From contig JBDRLW010000003.1 of NCBI GenBank assembly GCA_043812655.1, positions 21,125-85,124 of the forward strand: a stretch of DNA of 64,000 nt, read 5' to 3'. The stretch comes from a bacterium. Lineage in GTDB: Bacteria; Margulisbacteria; WOR-1; O2-12-FULL-45-9; XYB2-FULL-48-7. The notes beneath the pieces are model-generated. The model saw only the letters and a list, made by a program, of their open reading frames with translations, was not told where the DNA came from and did no database searches. Within the stretch, counting starts at the first letter, position 1. The number at the start of each line of letters is the position of its first letter. The position numbers and the translations under genes were made by a program. Of the stretch, positions 63,746 to 64,000 are shown one piece after another.

Positions 63746-63851
63746 ACTTGACAGGTGCCTTGACTTAGCTCGGCACAGGCAAGGGGTCACAGGTTCGCCT
63801 GCCCCGAGCGAGGAACGAAGTGACGAGTCGAGGGGAAACCTGTAGCGCGCA
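63746..63851 (+). pseudogene. tRNA-Val 3' fragment copy (anticodon loop to acceptor) with insertions in the anticodon loop and T-loop
   Basis: CTTGACAGG, then tgccttgacttagctcggca, then CAGGCAAGGGGTCACAGGTTCG, then cctgccccgagcgaggaacgaagtgacgagtcgagggg, then AAACCTGTAGCGCGCA. The T-loop insert is the reverse complement of the CTCGAC-family repeat. Confidence 0.45.
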
Positions 63852-64000
63852 TTTTTATTACCCCGCTCGCTGGAAGGCGTAAAACTCTCCACCATTAAAA
63901 CAACCCCTATCTGTAAAATCTCTTGGTGGGAAAAGTCGGTCATTACTGCAACGACAAGAAATTATCCAGGTCCCCGGTTTTAATTCCAATAAAGCTTTTC

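Overview
This is a bacterial chromosomal window with about 40% GC and dense coding, in three functional blocks. (1) Positions ~130-28000, almost entirely on the minus strand, hold a large surface-glycan biosynthesis locus. It contains a nonulosonic-acid (sialic-acid-like) pathway: a PseB/CapD-type 4,6-dehydratase, a DegT aminotransferase, two NeuB-family synthase paralogs, a cytidylyltransferase, SDR and AKR oxidoreductases and a class-III aminotransferase. Next to it sit a fatty-acid-like acyl module (KAS III, ACP, ketoreductase, two GNATs), methyltransferases, a split transketolase, an epimerase-GT2 fusion, a Wzx flippase, a Wzz chain-length determinant and a Wza-like exporter. A cassette of two AbiEii-like nucleotidyltransferase pairs and a four-helix-bundle protein, bounded by inverted AAGAAC-rich repeats, is inserted between wza and wzz. 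(2) Positions ~28900-45000 are housekeeping: carAB, ispE, rpsT, accD, accA, rho and murF. They also hold a DUF559 cassette flanked by inverted repeats, an orphan EI-like PEP-utilizing enzyme with a partner ORF, and tRNA-Leu genes surrounded by tRNA fragments interrupted by short hairpin elements. (3) Positions ~45000-64000 hold a trehalose locus (otsA, otsB, a TreT-like GT4) with ion transporters, and a flagellar export operon (fliK-like, flgE/G, fliM, fliN, fliO, fliP, fliQ, fliR, flhB, flhA, then a FliA-like sigma factor). They end with Cys-rich secreted peptide genes and a tRNA cluster (Gly, Cys, Val) carrying more interrupted tRNA fragments. Throughout the window several families of GC-rich hairpin repeats sit in intergenic regions, at gene junctions and within tRNA pseudogenes, and short in-frame repeat insertions occur in housekeeping genes. 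Every call is made from the sequence and ORF translations by motif recognition alone; no database search was possible.
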